NCBI GenBank assembly: GCA_951406725.2
Contig: OX597817.1
Location: 22,816,001 to 22,880,000, forward strand
Direction of reading: 5' to 3'
DNA length: 64,000 bases
DNA from: Octopus vulgaris
Lineage: Eukaryota
Below are positions 14,185 to 27,260 of this stretch, one piece after another (the stretch's first letter is position 1; the number at the start of each line of letters is the position of its first letter). The notes below the pieces were generated by a model, which ran no database searches, was not told the DNA's origin, and saw only the letters and a program-made list of their open reading frames with translations. Made by a program: the position numbers and the translations under genes.

Positions 14185-14948
14185 CTGTGTCTGTGTGTGT
14201 GTATGTCTGTGTGTGTTGAATATTATATTTGATATTATCTTCGAACTGAATAATCTATACAGTTCTAGACAATTTCAGATCGAAGATGTATATAATTGTC
14301 CAAGTCGTATAAGCTGTGATCAACCCTTAAAAAACAGTTCAGTCTGTTTTTCTCTAACTCAGTAGATTGTAATTTCAGTGGAATTTAGTTGCTATTTCTT
14401 GCAGGTAGAGAGCTTATTTACGGGTTTTATTCATATCTTTTACGAAGAAATGGAGCACCATCATTAAACCTAAGCCAGCAGAAAAATATTTGTCTCAAGA
14501 CAAGTCCGTCACTTTAGTTGGAAATAAATAGTGTGAACTCGAACCCATACCGCAATGCCTTTTGCCCAACTCTCTAAAAGCCTTCAACTGTCCACGTTAC
14601 TGTTATAGCTTAATTATCGATCCCCGAGGATTAGAATTTAAAGCTTATTTCGGCGAGGTTTCAGATAAAATCGCAAATACCTGGGTGAAGCATTGCAAGT
14701 TATTTTTTCAGTACCCTAACGATTCATCTTTTCTGCCTTTAACGATAATGTTAATCGTCGGCCATTTCTGATTGAGGCAGAAATATTATACGAAGCAGCA
14801 ACACATAATTATAATATGCTTGATGCCAACAATTATCCTTTACAAAAGATTAAGAGACATTGATTGTTAAAACCTCATCTACCTAGTAAAAGGAAACTGA
14901 TTGCAACGCTGTATAGAAAGTATATATATATATGTATATATATGTATA

Positions 14949-15045
<97 letters not shown>

Positions 15046-15053
15046 GTATATAT

Positions 15054-15096
<43 letters not shown>

Positions 15097-15129
15097 CTTT
15101 ATTTTAAGCAGCAGAAAATTCAACAAAAT

Positions 15130-15167
15130 CTGTTACTCTGAGTTTCTCGTTGCCGTTCATCAGACAG
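15130..15167 (-). ncRNA. Minimal type I hammerhead ribozyme (left arm copy)
   Basis: Reverse complement of 17591-17628. Confidence 0.65.
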
Positions 15168-16310
15168 TTTTTGCTAGAATGGAACTTATATATTAATTCA
15201 ATCTATACTCTTACAAACGCTACACCTTTAAAAAGAAATGGACTTGTTTGATTGGCCCTTTAGAAAAAACGGTCAATCTTCGAGCGATAAACAAAAAGGT
15301 CAAAAATATATGTATATATATATAAAAACTTATAAAAATTATAAAATCCGAGGAAAAAAACCGAGGAAAAAACCTATTGCCGTTAATGAAGACAGTGCAA
15401 ATTAATGCATAGAAATTAAACCTGTTATAAATACTGCAATACATATTTATATTAAAATCTACATATATATATCAACATACACAAAAGGATGCGCGTAAAC
15501 GCCATACATACATATACAGACGTATGAATATGAATCTAAATATACACATAAAAGCATGTGTACATATATTCACGCAAACCGTCTCGCACGCAAGCTAAAA
15601 TTCATCTATGTAGCAATTCTCATATACTGAGCAAGGAGGGGGAACGAAAGAAAGGGAAAGAGAGAAAAAGGAACGAAGGAGGGGTGGGGAAAAAACTTGT
15701 AACGATGTTATTGGCATCTATAGAGACCAGTATACATACACAAGTTTGAATGGATACATATACATACCGTCGTGTATATGTGCGCTTAAGCACAAGCATA
15801 CTTTCACTTACACATACACAGATACGCATGCTTACAAATACATATGCTTTGCTATACACATACTTATATAAACATTCTAATTTTGACAACATTGCTTTTT
15901 TTTAAAAAAAACATTGCTTTTAAAAAATGGGTGCATTAATAAAAATATATACGAAAGACATATAAAATAAAATATAACATCCTATTTTGGGTCATTTATA
16001 AATAATCAAGGTAATATAAATAATCAAGGTAATCCTATGCAATACAATAACATGAAAACAAAGTTTGTAGGTTTTTCCTAATATATATGTAGAAACATAA
16101 GACTTTGCTATACGGATTAATATCCGCGTAGCTTGGAAACAGAATCAAAATCCGTCGTAGCGCTCAAGAGTCAAAATCAAAATCAAAAATCAAAAGTACA
16201 AAATATATACTCTATCCATATGGTATATTTATATTCGACATTTTAAATTTAGCCGCGTGCCTACATAAGTTCATTAACTCACTTCTTTGATTCAAAGAAT
16301 TATTGTCTTT

Positions 16311-16547
16311 GAACTAAAAGAAAAGGAAGCCCCACCTTTCAACGTGACATGGAGCATTCTGGACTGGGCGGCACCATACAGGCATGGAGCTTACAAATAT
16401 AATTTCAAGTGCAGACTTTGCCTATTAGAAAAAATGCACATCTTATTCAAAGACAATAATTCTTTGAATCAAAGAAGTGAGTTAATGAACTTATGTAGGC
16501 ACGCGGCTAAATTTAAAATGTCGAATATAAATATACCATATGGATAG
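16311..16547 (+). pseudogene. C-terminal fragment of a Penelope-like GIY-YIG endonuclease
   Basis: ELKEK..FNVTWSIL..AAPY..KCRLCLLEK..LNQRSELMNLCRH; the CxLCxxEK and RxExxxxCRH motifs are recalled as typical of Hydra-clade PLEs. Confidence 0.85.
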
Positions 16548-17590
16548 AGTATATATTTTGTACTTTTGATTTTTGATTTTGATTTTGACTCTTGAGCGCT
16601 ACGACGGATTTTGATTCTGTTTCAAGCTACGCGGATATTAATCCGTATAGCAAAGTCTTATGTTTCTACATATATATTAGGAAAAACCTACAAACTTTGT
16701 TTTCATGTTATTGTATTGCATAGGATTACCTTGATTATTTATATTACCTTGATTATTTATAAATGACCCAAAATAGGATGTTATATTTTATTTTATATGT
16801 CTTTCGTATATATTTTTATTAATGCACCATTTTTTAAAAGCAATGTTTTTTTTTAAAAAAAGCAATGTTGTCAAAATCAGAATGTTTATATAAGTATGTG
16901 TATAGCAAAGCATATGTATTTGTAAGCATGTGTATCTGTGTATGTGTAAGTGAAAGTATGCTTGTGCTTAAGCGCACATATACACGACGGTATGTATATG
17001 TATCCATTCAAACTTGTGTATGTATACTGGTCTCTATAGATGCCAATAACATCGTTACAAGTTTTTTCCCCACCCCTCCTTCGTTCCTTTTTCTCTCTTT
17101 CCCTTTCTTTCGTTCCCCCTCCTTGCTCAGTATATGAGAATTGCTACATAGATGAATTTTAGCTTGCGTGCGAGACGGTTTGCGTGAATATATGTACACA
17201 TGCTTTTATGTGTATATTTAGATTCATATTCATACGTCTGTATATGTATGTATGGCGTTTACGCGCATCCTTTTGTGTATGTTGATATATATATGTAGAT
17301 TTTAATATAAATATGTATTGCAGTATTTATAACAGGTTTAATTTCTATGCATTAATTTGCACTGTCTTCATTAACGGCAATAGGTTTTTTCCTCGGTTTT
17401 TTCCTCGGATTTTATAATTTTTATAAGTTTTTTTATATATATATACATATATTTTTGACCTTTTTGTTTATCGCTCGAAGATTGACCGTTTTTTCTAAAG
17501 GGCCAATCAAACAAGTCCATTTCTTTTTAAAGGTGTAGCGTTTGTAAGAGTATAGATTGAATTAATATATAAGTTCCATTCTAGCAAAAA

Positions 17591-17628
17591 CTGTCTGATG
17601 AACGGCAACGAGAAACTCAGAGTAACAG
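17591..17628 (+). ncRNA. Minimal type I hammerhead ribozyme
   Basis: ctgt-CTGATGA-a cg gcaa cg a-GAAA-ctc a gag-TA-acag: 4-bp stem I, quasi-palindromic stem III, GUA site; stem II is weak. Confidence 0.65.
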
Positions 17629-17729
17629 ATTTTGTTGAATTTTCTGCTGCTTAAAATAAAGCATATTACTCTACCACTGGTATTTGAGTACTCTTTTTTC
17701 CACCTTGTTTCACATTTATGTGTTTATCC

Positions 17730-17798
<69 letters not shown>

Positions 17799-18759
17799 CG
17801 TTACATTGAAAAGGGCTTGTAAATAACAGGATCAGAAATTAAGTTTAAGGCACAAAATATGTAACACTCATAGGAGGCTGATTTTGCAGACTAATTTCAA
17901 GAGGAAAATGTCAACAACAAAGATTTATACGCGCAAAATAACAAGCATAAATGAAATAGTGTTGGATATTGTGTTATATTCTATTAAATATATAATGGTC
18001 TCATTATTTTATGCCACTTCAAATTAAAGAACTTAAGCTGATTATCATTTGAGTTTCAGTGTGGCCAAACTTATAAATAGTTCCTGACACTAGAACCGTA
18101 TCTTATTACCATATTCATTAACGCACGCTCACACACACGTACGCGCACACACACACGCACACACACAAACAAACAAACATACACAAAAACACTTAGGTTT
18201 TCGTTGACCTGTCTGCCTGTCTATACTATTCTCTCTCCTCATCATATCTCTTTGTCGCTCTTTTATTTTTATAGATGTATAGAAATAGCACATAGAAATG
18301 TCCTCCAGTTTGAACAGGCAGACACCGCCATCTCTGGATTGGGCTAACCGTCTCGCTGACTTTGGAACCATATCCGTTGGTTTATAATACAACAAATATT
18401 TTTATTATGGTTTTTTTCGATCAAATGGTTAATAACTCCAATTTATTTCTTTTCTTTTCTTTACTTTTTCCATTTTACTCATCCTTTCACACTTTGCATC
18501 AACTTCCTTCTTGTTCTTTTCTCTTTTGTTTTTTTCTCGTGATTTTTCACCGACCAGCGATCTTGATTTTCTAGCAGAACAGACCATGTGCTTAGAGCCC
18601 GGAGATTGCTTGGCAGCACAAGGCCTGTCATAAACACTTGCTCAGGCACCAAGAATCTATTATTAGCTCGTATGTTTATACTGTATACATTAAATAATTT
18701 GTGTCCCTCACAGGATGCAATACTTTTAGTTGATGTTGCCTCAACGCAACAGTAAACTA

Positions 18760-18819
<60 letters not shown>

Positions 18820-19222
18820 CTCTTTGTAGAAATATATTAATCCGGTGGAGAAGTACACTTTAAGCTGTAGAGCAGTTAATAGTATAGTGGAGTAGGCCGG
18901 TTTGTGGGGTTACCCTGGCTTTCTCGCTCATAAGGGGTTTAGCCTTACAGTGTTTTCTTTACCCCTTTAAAATAAGTGTAAAACCCTCAGTGATTATCTG
19001 CTTTGCCATTGTCCATCGATCTTCATTTGCAGCCATCTTGCGGTCACTAAAGCACCACGGAACATGAAGGTTTAAACGAAGGTAACCGAGTGTCTCTCTA
19101 CTGCCTTTGATATTGTTTTCTGGCTCTGTTGCTGCCATGCGGACACCAAAAAAGGCCAGCAGGAATTTTCTAAAATGCAGGATGTTCCCTGGCACGAGCG
19201 AGTCTTTAAGGATCCTCGTGCG

Positions 19223-20728
19223 TTAGGCAATGCATAACTTACACCGTTTCGTCCCGTTGATGTAGAGGCCTAGGATCTCGAGTATTTTCCATACGATCGC
19301 GTATGGAATCTCTTTATCTTGTAATTGCCGAATATGGCTGGTCAGCGATGTCTGAAGGACATCTGAAGAGACTCTGAAAGAGGACATATGATTGGAAATA
19401 TGCTGTTTAAGAGAAGTTTCAGAGCACTCCACGTACTTCTGGGGGGGCGTGATATCGTTGCACCTGTTGCGTCTCTCGTTGCACCTGTTGCGTCTCTCGT
19501 TGCGCCTGTTGCGTCTCTCGTTGCGCCTGTTTCTTCTCGCGTTGCGCCAGTTGCTTCTCTCGTTGCACCTGTTGCGTCTCTCGTTGCACCTGTTGCGTCT
19601 CTCGTTGCGCCTGTTGCGTCTCTCGTTGCACCTGTTTCTTCTCGCGTTGCGCCAGTTGCTTCTCTCGTTGCACCTGTTGCGTCTCTCGTTGCGCCTGTTG
19701 CTTCTCTCGTTGCACCTGTTGCAGTTGTAGGTGCTGTTGTTGATGCGTTTATCGCTGCTGTTGCTGTTGCCGTTACCACTGCGCCTGTTGCTGCTGTCAC
19801 TGCACATGTTGCTGTTGTAGGTGCTTCTGCTATTGGTGCTACTCTTGCTGCACTTGCTGCACTTGCTGCTACCGTTGCCACTGATACCGCTGGTGGTGTT
19901 GTCGCTGCTGGGGCTGGTGCTGGTGCTGGTGTTGGTGCTGGTCATATTCTCGTTCCTGCACCTTTTGCCTGTGTTGCAGTCGCTGCTGTTGCTGCCATTG
20001 CTGCTAGCGTTACTATGGCTGCTACTGTTGTTGTTTTTGTTATCGTCGCAGCTGGTGGCGCTGCCGCCGGTGTTGCTGTTGTTGTTGTTGATGGAGTCGG
20101 GGCAGCTGGTGATGTTGCTGGTGTTGGTGACGGTGGAGGATGTGGTAGTGGCGGCGGTAGTGCTCTCGCCGCTGTCACTTCTGCTTCTGTTGTCGTTACA
20201 GCCAGCGATGGAACTGCATGCTTTGCCTCTGCTACTATCACTGTGGCCAATAGGCCTGGCATCGGAGACGTCGGGGAAGCTATTGGCAAGGCTGGTGGTG
20301 GTGGTGGTGATGTCGATGCTGTTGGCGATGCTGCTACCATCCATTGTGGCGATGATGGCTGTGCTACTGGCTCTGTTGATGGAACCGGACCTGTTGCTTC
20401 CGCTACAGATACTACAGTGGCTAATAGTTCTGGCATCGTGAACGTCGAGGAAGCTAATTGGCAAGCTGGTCATGGTGGTAATGTCGCTGGTTTTGGTGAT
20501 GCCGCTGCTGTGGTTGTTAGCGATGGCAGTGGCGTCAATGATGGCTGTGTTACTGGCTCTGTTCTCATATCTACGGTCGTTATTGTTTCTGCCGGTGTTA
20601 AAGGCATGTCGTGTTCGACCTTCGGCTTGATATACGACTCCTTTGGTTTCGTAGCTTACACCTACCGGGCAACTTGCTTCCGATACTGCGTGAATAACCA
20701 GCCGCTTCCTGTGGCCAAGGAGTGCTAA
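19223..20728 (-). pseudogene. GIY-YIG endonuclease frame with about 400 aa low-complexity insert
   Basis: One stop-free frame: CPVGVSYETKGVVYQAE (GVVY 20641-20630) ... KYVECSETSLKQHISNHMSSF..TSL..WKIL..Y..KRCKLCIA*. The track ORF 19223-20473 is part of it. Confidence 0.8.
19458..19723. repeat. 21-bp minisatellite, about 12.5 units, with a 105-bp higher-order period
   Basis: Unit gttgc(a/g)cc(t/a)gtt(gc/tc)(g/t)tctc(t/g)c; variant order A A B C D A A B C' D A B'. Confidence 0.95.
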
Positions 20729-21832
20729 CTAGGATGCTCTTAATTTTGGGGGCGCAGCTAAACGATACTGTAACATTGTGCCTGTTGAATAAGGAAAAGT
20801 TTACATACGTAGGAAGGGAGTAGGAAGGGCAAACCAAATTCTGGAGTGCTTTCTTCTGCGGCTGTTGGGTTCCGGTATGTAGGAGATGCGGTGCCTAAAT
20901 TCGCTGGCAGCTAGGGCCTCATTATAGAACGGGGCTGCTGCGTCTAAGGCTTCTTGGCTAGAGGAAAGGTTCGAAGTCCTCTTGCTGACGCATTTTACCA
21001 GGTTCTTGAATACTATGGGTGGGTGACAGGAGGTGCCAGGTTATCGCAAAATGGCAGCGCGGGAGAAGATCGATGGACAATGGAAAAGGGAGATAATCAC
21101 ACAGGATTTTACACTTAATAACGAGGCTTTCCCCACTCCATATGTTAAAGAGGACTCAGACCAGTAATGTTTGGGTTCTGAAGATATGCCGGAAGATATG
21201 AGCGAGAAATTTGGTGTAACCCCATAAACCGGCCTACTGCATTATTTTATATACTTATATACATACATATATATATACGTACGTGCACACACATTCACAT
21301 ACACAAACGTATGTGTGTGTGTGTGTGTATGCAGTGGCGGCGTGGACAGGTTGTTAGCTTGCCCGATCGCAAATGGGCCCCTTTAGACATTAGGTTCATA
21401 TACGGAAGCCCATGGAATACTTTGCTTTCAAAGAAAATATCTGAAATCTTAGAGTGAGGATAAAAATGAAAAAAAAACAACAAATAAAGCAATTAAGCAA
21501 AGCACTTGGTCAAAGAATTTCCTAGAGAATTCATAGAATCCAAAATATATGATACAGTAGACAGCTAGTCAGTGGTGATAAAGTGTAACTAAATTTACAT
21601 ACATATTAATGCATATATACATATACATTCACACGCACACATAAATATGTATATATATATATATATAGGCGCACACAGACATAGCCGCAAGACGACTGTC
21701 TTTTGTTCGTTATCCTAAGGGACTTTCGCTAGCATTCGATTGATCCTAGCACTTATAAGCCTCCGGACAACAAGCAATAAATCCAGAAGCAGATTATAAT
21801 TGACGTATGCTTGTATGTGTGAGAGAGTGTGT

Positions 21833-21870
<38 letters not shown>

Positions 21871-23510
21871 TGTGTGTGTGAGCAAGTGTGTGCGCTTGTG
21901 TGTAAGTATGAATGGAAAGAAAAAAGATGTAGATTAACAGAAAGTCCAATTTTGCTTTTTCAACGCATGACTGAGCAGTGACGCTGGCATTCAGGGTGCG
22001 GGTACACACACAAACACACTCACCCACAAACACTCACACATGCACGCATGCACACTCAAACACACACAACATACACACATGGTCATCTATATATTGGTAT
22101 TTGTAAACTTCATTTTTTTTGCTGTGAGGTAAGGAAAACGGTGTTAGTTTACGAACGAACAAGAGAAAAAATGTTCAAAAATGTAAATTTTGAATTTAGC
22201 TCTACTTATAGAATTACATCTCAAAACAGCTCAAAACATTGGTTTCAGCTTATTTTTGCATATATCTTCAAAATTTTTCATTAAATCGAACCTTTTTCTT
22301 TCTTTATTTCGTCTATTTTTTTCGTCATTTTGTACTAATCCAATTTGTCAAATATTTGAAATTACTATGGGGAGGAGGCGGAGCAAAATAAGTCATTTCT
22401 GATTTTTTCTTATTTTGAGGTTACTAATAAAGTATTTGAATAATTTTTGGTATTAAAGAATTGTTGTTCTTTTCTCTGTTGGATTCCGTGTCAATTTTTT
22501 CCAACACTAATGTCTAATTTGATAATTTTCCATTCTCAAACAATGATGTCTAAATTGGGCAAAATGAGTAATCACTAATTTCAATAATGAGATGTTTCGT
22601 AGCAGAACACCCACATGTTGGATTTTCTCCGTTTTGAAGGTGATATTTCCAATTCCTTTTTCACCACGGCCTAATTTTTTCTCACCTTCCTCTTTTCCCC
22701 TCTTGATCTTCATTCACACCGATTTTGGCCACTTTGTTTTTGGAGTAGCCACTTAAAAACGATTGGAGAAGCCTTTGCGCTAAAAGAAAAATAAATTCAA
22801 TATTTTCACAAGAAAAGGTGTGTGATTTAAAGGAGATTTAGGTGTTGTTTCTAGCACATCCTTTGTCACTGTCACAGGTGTTGATATTTTTTCAATATTT
22901 TTCTCCCCATAAGCTATTTAAAAAAAAAGTAAAATTTGAAAATTTTTGATTTTTTTTACACCCCACATTGTTTCTGTTTATAATTTTAGAAATATTGGAG
23001 TACCTGAAAAGATCAATGCTGGAATTTATTTACGGTGATTTAACAAAAAAGAAGATATCTTAAAGATAATTTATTTGAATAGCATGCTTTTCTGTCAGTA
23101 AATGTGTTGTCTTAAACACGCACGCGCACACGCACAGACACTCACGCAAATGGCGTCGCTTGGTTGGTGGGTGCATATAAATTTCAAAATGTTATTGTTA
23201 CTTTAGATCCCAGCAATAAACTACGCATGTGTTACTTCCGCATCATCATTCCTTAAAATGTGCTTATGGGTAGAATGTTATCGAAAAACTAAAACGATTA
23301 CCCTTGATAAAGTGGACTGCATGTAATACAAGTTTTGCGCATTTGAACTATCTGTTAATGTGAAAAAATTTAAATAAATGGTGCATGTATAATATACTGC
23401 TATTTTAGAACTCTTAGTTTTATAAAACAAAGGAATGGCAAGAGCGGGGTGGGTGGGGATAATAACAGAAGGAAGTAAAATATTAAAAGGAGAAGGAATC
23501 TGTTAGTAGC

Positions 23511-23577
<67 letters not shown>

Positions 23578-23694
23578 TCTTAATTAACGATAAGTTGGAA
23601 TTAGTATTAATCTTTATTTTGTACATATTGATACTGCGCATTATGAGTTGGACTCCCTTCTTAAGAAATTTATTATTATTATTATTATTATCAC

Positions 23695-23762
<68 letters not shown>
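23511..23762. repeat. (AAT)n and (TTA)n tracts in inverted orientation around a ~90 bp spacer
   Basis: 23511-23577 AAT; 23670-23762 TTA. Confidence 0.9.
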
Positions 23763-23765
<3 letters not shown>

Positions 23766-23769
23766 GTAA

Positions 23770-23815
<46 letters not shown>

Positions 23816-23829
23816 AGACTGGACGTATC

Positions 23830-24689
23830 TTATCTCTTTCTTCTATCTTTTCTCTTTTCAAAGAAAATATTTCTCCAGCGTTCGCTATTTTTCCCTCGTT
23901 CTGGTCTAACGACCGTCCATGTTGTTTTCGTTCGGTTTACTTGTATGTCTCCACTGTCCTGCTTTTGTTCCCAACTTTGACCCTTCATAAATCTCAAATT
24001 TTATTTTGGTACTTATGGGAGCAACTGTCTTCGAAGACTCATATTGTCGTTCACTGTTCGAAACGAGGAATAGATGGACTATCGACAATTGATGAAGAGT
24101 CATTCTTTATGTCACTTGTCTTCTTTTCCGTTTGTTTCTCTCGTGTTTGCGTATTGAACTCATTTGTTTTCGTATTTCATGTTGTTTACTGTTGGTAACA
24201 TCCTGTACGCATATATACATATGTGTTTGTGTGTGTGTATGCATCCATTTCCGAGTAAGTATATCATTTTGATGCGTCTCTGCTATATACTGTTCCCCCC
24301 ATCGTTTTCTCTCTCATCCTTTCTCTAATTCACTTTTTTCTCCTTTCACCGTTTTCTATATGTCCCTCTCTCTCACCTTTCTTCTTTACTCTCCCTCGTT
24401 GCTCACACGTGATCACCCCGCTTCCTTTCCCTCACGTGATCATCTTTCATTACTTTCAGGACTGTCCTAAACACTATACATATCCTATCTCTCTTCTATC
24501 TGTTCTCTTGTTAAAGAATATTTCTCCAGCGTTCGCTATTTTACCCTCGTTCTGGTCAAACGACTCTCCATGTTTGTTTTTGTTCGGTTTTCTAGTATGC
24601 GTCCCCTGTCCTGTTTTTGTTCCCAACTTTGACTCTTCATAATTCACAAATTTATTGGAGCAACTGTGTTCGAAGACTCATATTGTCGT
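23830..24689 (+). repeat. Partial tandem duplication (~220 bp, period 651 bp) of an interspersed repeat
   Basis: atatttctccagcgttcgctattt at 23867 and 24518; shared through gaagactcatattgtcgt. Confidence 0.85.
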
Positions 24690-25018
24690 GAGCGAGTGCA
24701 TATGAGTGTACATTTGTGTGTGATTAGGTAAACTGCTATCTATCCCTAAACGACGGAGCACCGATATAACACGCATCAATTAAAACAGCTCGAATTGAAG
24801 ATATTTAATAAACAGCGTGACTAGAGCGCAGCCTAAGAAATCATGCTGACATTATTGAGGATGCTTTGGAGAATTTCAAAGAAATGTGAAATTGGATTGT
24901 AGCTATTAATAGGTAACTTTAAATTACTATCATTTCTTGCACTCTCAAAGGCTTCTTATTCACACTTAACAAAATATTGTAGGAATAATGAGAAACTTTC
25001 TAATGTTATACTATAGTA

Positions 25019-26279
25019 TGAGGTTGTTTAAAAACGTTCTCGGACTAGGTCTGTAGTGCGCCAACAGATTACAGCACACGGTTGCGTGCACAATGAGAGC
25101 TAGCAGTGAATTTCATGAAGCAGTGTGTCGAGTGAAATTGCTGTGATTACTTTGAAACTTGTCAAATTTGTTTTGTTTTTATGATTACGTATATTCTATA
25201 TTCTGCGATGGACAGGAAGTTGGAAGAAAGAGCCAACTTGAAATTTTGCGTTAAAGTTGGGGAATCTGCAGCAGAGATATTGAGCGTGCTTCGGCAAGCT
25301 TACGGCAATGGGTCGTGCGAAATGTTTCGAGTGGTACGTGTTCTTCAAAAGCGTAAGAAGGTCCTTAGAAGACGATGATCGATCTGGAAGAACTGCCACA
25401 TGCCTCACCTCCGGAAATGTGAAAATTCATCAGCTCGTGCATGAGCATCGTCGGGAGACAATCAACGACATTTTTGACGTTGGTTTACCGTATGGGTCCG
25501 TGAAGGCAATCGTAATGTCTGAATTGAAAATGCGGCGTTTTTTCTGCCAAGTGTGTACCCTGCCATTTGACCACTGAGCAGAAAGAACATCATGTCAAAG
25601 TCTGTTCACAGTCTCCGTCACCATGTTAGGTTTTACTATCCTTCATGTCGAGGATCATCACCGGTGACGATTGTTGATTCTACAGGTACAATTCTGAGAC
25701 GAAGCAGCATTCAACATAATAGAAAAGGCTTTCATCTCCCCAGTCCAAGAAGGCATGGCAGAACCAGAGCTCCGTCTAGAGCATGCTCATCGTTCTTTTC
25801 GATATCGGTGGTATTGTGCAACGAGAATTCGTCTACCCCCGTCCTGGTCAGGCCGTCTATCAAGAGTTCTACTGCAACGTTTTGAAGCGTTTGAGGGAGA
25901 ACATTAGGCAAAAGCAACCGGATCTGTGGAGCGCGTAGAATTAGATTCTGCATAATGACAATGCACCCTAATCACCAAGCCCTAATCACTCACGAGTTTC
26001 TCCCCATAAACAACGGATTTCCATTTCTTCCCCAAGATGAAAATGCAGTTCAAAGGTCGTCGTTTTAACACAGTTGTCGAGATCGAGAGCGAATTGCAGG
26101 CCTTCGACTCGCTTACGGAAAAACACTTTCAGGTTGGATTCCAAGACTGGCTAGAACGCTGGAACCGGTGTATTGCTGCGCAAGGTGGTTTTTCGAAGGA
26201 GATGATGTTAAAACTCAGGTAAATAATTTTTTTTTTTAATTAAACATAACTAGTCCGGGAACGTTTTGATACCACCTCG
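25019..26279 (+). mobile_element. mariner (DD34D) transposon, near full length, degenerate
   Basis: About 30 bp TIRs (tgaggttgtttaaaaacgttctcggactag / ctagtccgggaacgttttgataccacctcg) with TA on both sides. Motifs ERANLKFC, IITGD, LHNDNAP, DFHFFPKMK..KGRRF, W.ERWNRCI. Confidence 0.92.
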
Positions 26280-27099
26280 TACATCATCCTTATCTTTCCC
26301 TCTGGTAAATTTTACCTTCATTACCCGATCTCCCACTTCATAACAAACTAACATTATGTAATTAAGTTATTCTCAGCTGATGAAATTCCCGTACTGATAA
26401 AATTCAAGTAAATGGATATGAGCATATATGACTTTAGATCTGAATATCAATAGAATTCAATATCAATAGAATCCAATATCAATATACGACTTTAGAATTG
26501 AATACCAATTATAGGAAACTATAACTGAAATGAAAAAGTGTTAGATTATATGGTATTCTTCATCCCAACAAACGAAAATATCATTCCTTTACGATAAAAC
26601 CTAAATAATATTAACTTATATCAAGACAAACTTCCTCATAGCAATGGTGCGACTAAAGGAACAATAGCACTCTGTTTGTCCTTTTGTCTGTCTCTCTAAG
26701 TATGGTGAAGCTCCAGGTTGGGAGATCTGGATTTATGAGAAGTAAGCGGTCACCCCTTAGTTACTATTATTCATATGTTATGTCCAAGTACGTTAGTACC
26801 TACTCCGTAGTTAGAGGACGCTTCTATTATTTTATACAAAGCTGTGTGGAAGGCACCTCTTCTGGGAGAAATATACTCTGACATAAAATTTACCCTCAAA
26901 AGATTCCCAGCAAATTTATATGTATAAATTGACAGGAAATTGCGAGTTTCTATACTGAAATCTGTCCGAACCTACTGATCAACGCACAACGTTATATATG
27001 TACTAAGAGAATATAACTTTCCTTGCTTGCTTCATGCTCTTGCTTGATGGGGCTGGGGTAATCTCAGGTTAGTGATCCCCAGTGGTGTCATCATGCGTG

Positions 27100-27260
27100 G
27101 AGCCGAGCAAGTTCACTTGTGCTCACCATTGCTGGCGGTTCACTGCCAACACCTCAGTATTCTCCAAGATGCTGTCAAGCCTTGGCTAAACTTCCTTAAT
27201 CACATCCAGCCATCTAGTGCGTGGCCTGTCATAGGACCTCTTCCAGGTTAGCTGCTGTGT
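27100..27260 (-). mobile_element. Possible RTE LINE 3' remnant
   Basis: RPRTRWLDVIKE at the end of ORF 27186-27443 resembles the RTE C-terminal GRPxxRWxD motif. Confidence 0.4.

Larger units (their letters stand above)
15097..17732 (+). mobile_element. 5'-truncated Penelope-like retroelement (Hydra-type) forming a 2.56 kb palindrome
   Basis: Arms 15097-16313 and 16446-17661 are near-identical reverse complements around a 132 bp spacer. GIY-YIG C-terminus at the centre, a hammerhead in each arm, (TA)n on both sides. Confidence 0.85.
18818..21245 (-). mobile_element. Penelope-like element (Hydra-type), 5'-truncated, with an inverted copy of its 3' region at the 5' end
   Basis: Thumb remnant (SCHPPIVFKNL..SNLSSSQE..APFYNEAL..RIWF; FNRHNVTVSFSCAPKIKSIL). 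Inverted repeats 18887-18913/21215-21240 and 18970-19043/21045-21120. 3' end at (TA)n. Confidence 0.85.

Noticed and set aside
15558-17199. Duplicated 63 aa and 90 aa ORFs on opposite strands
   Set aside because: By-product of the palindrome arms; no domain features.
19458-19723. Regular repeat array as a possible CRISPR
   Set aside because: Head-to-tail units with no unique spacers, no cas genes, eukaryotic context.
19388-20728. 446 aa plus-strand Val/Ala-rich ORF and other overlapping ORFs
   Set aside because: Antisense shadow of low-complexity sequence; the recognisable motifs are on the minus strand.
21173-21222. CTGAAGA...GAAA...GTA motif in the inverted copy of the PLE
   Set aside because: Position fits a pLTR ribozyme, but stems II and III do not pair; too decayed to call.
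26372-26435. CTGATGA followed by a palindromic catatatg
   Set aside because: GAAA box and stems not recognisable.
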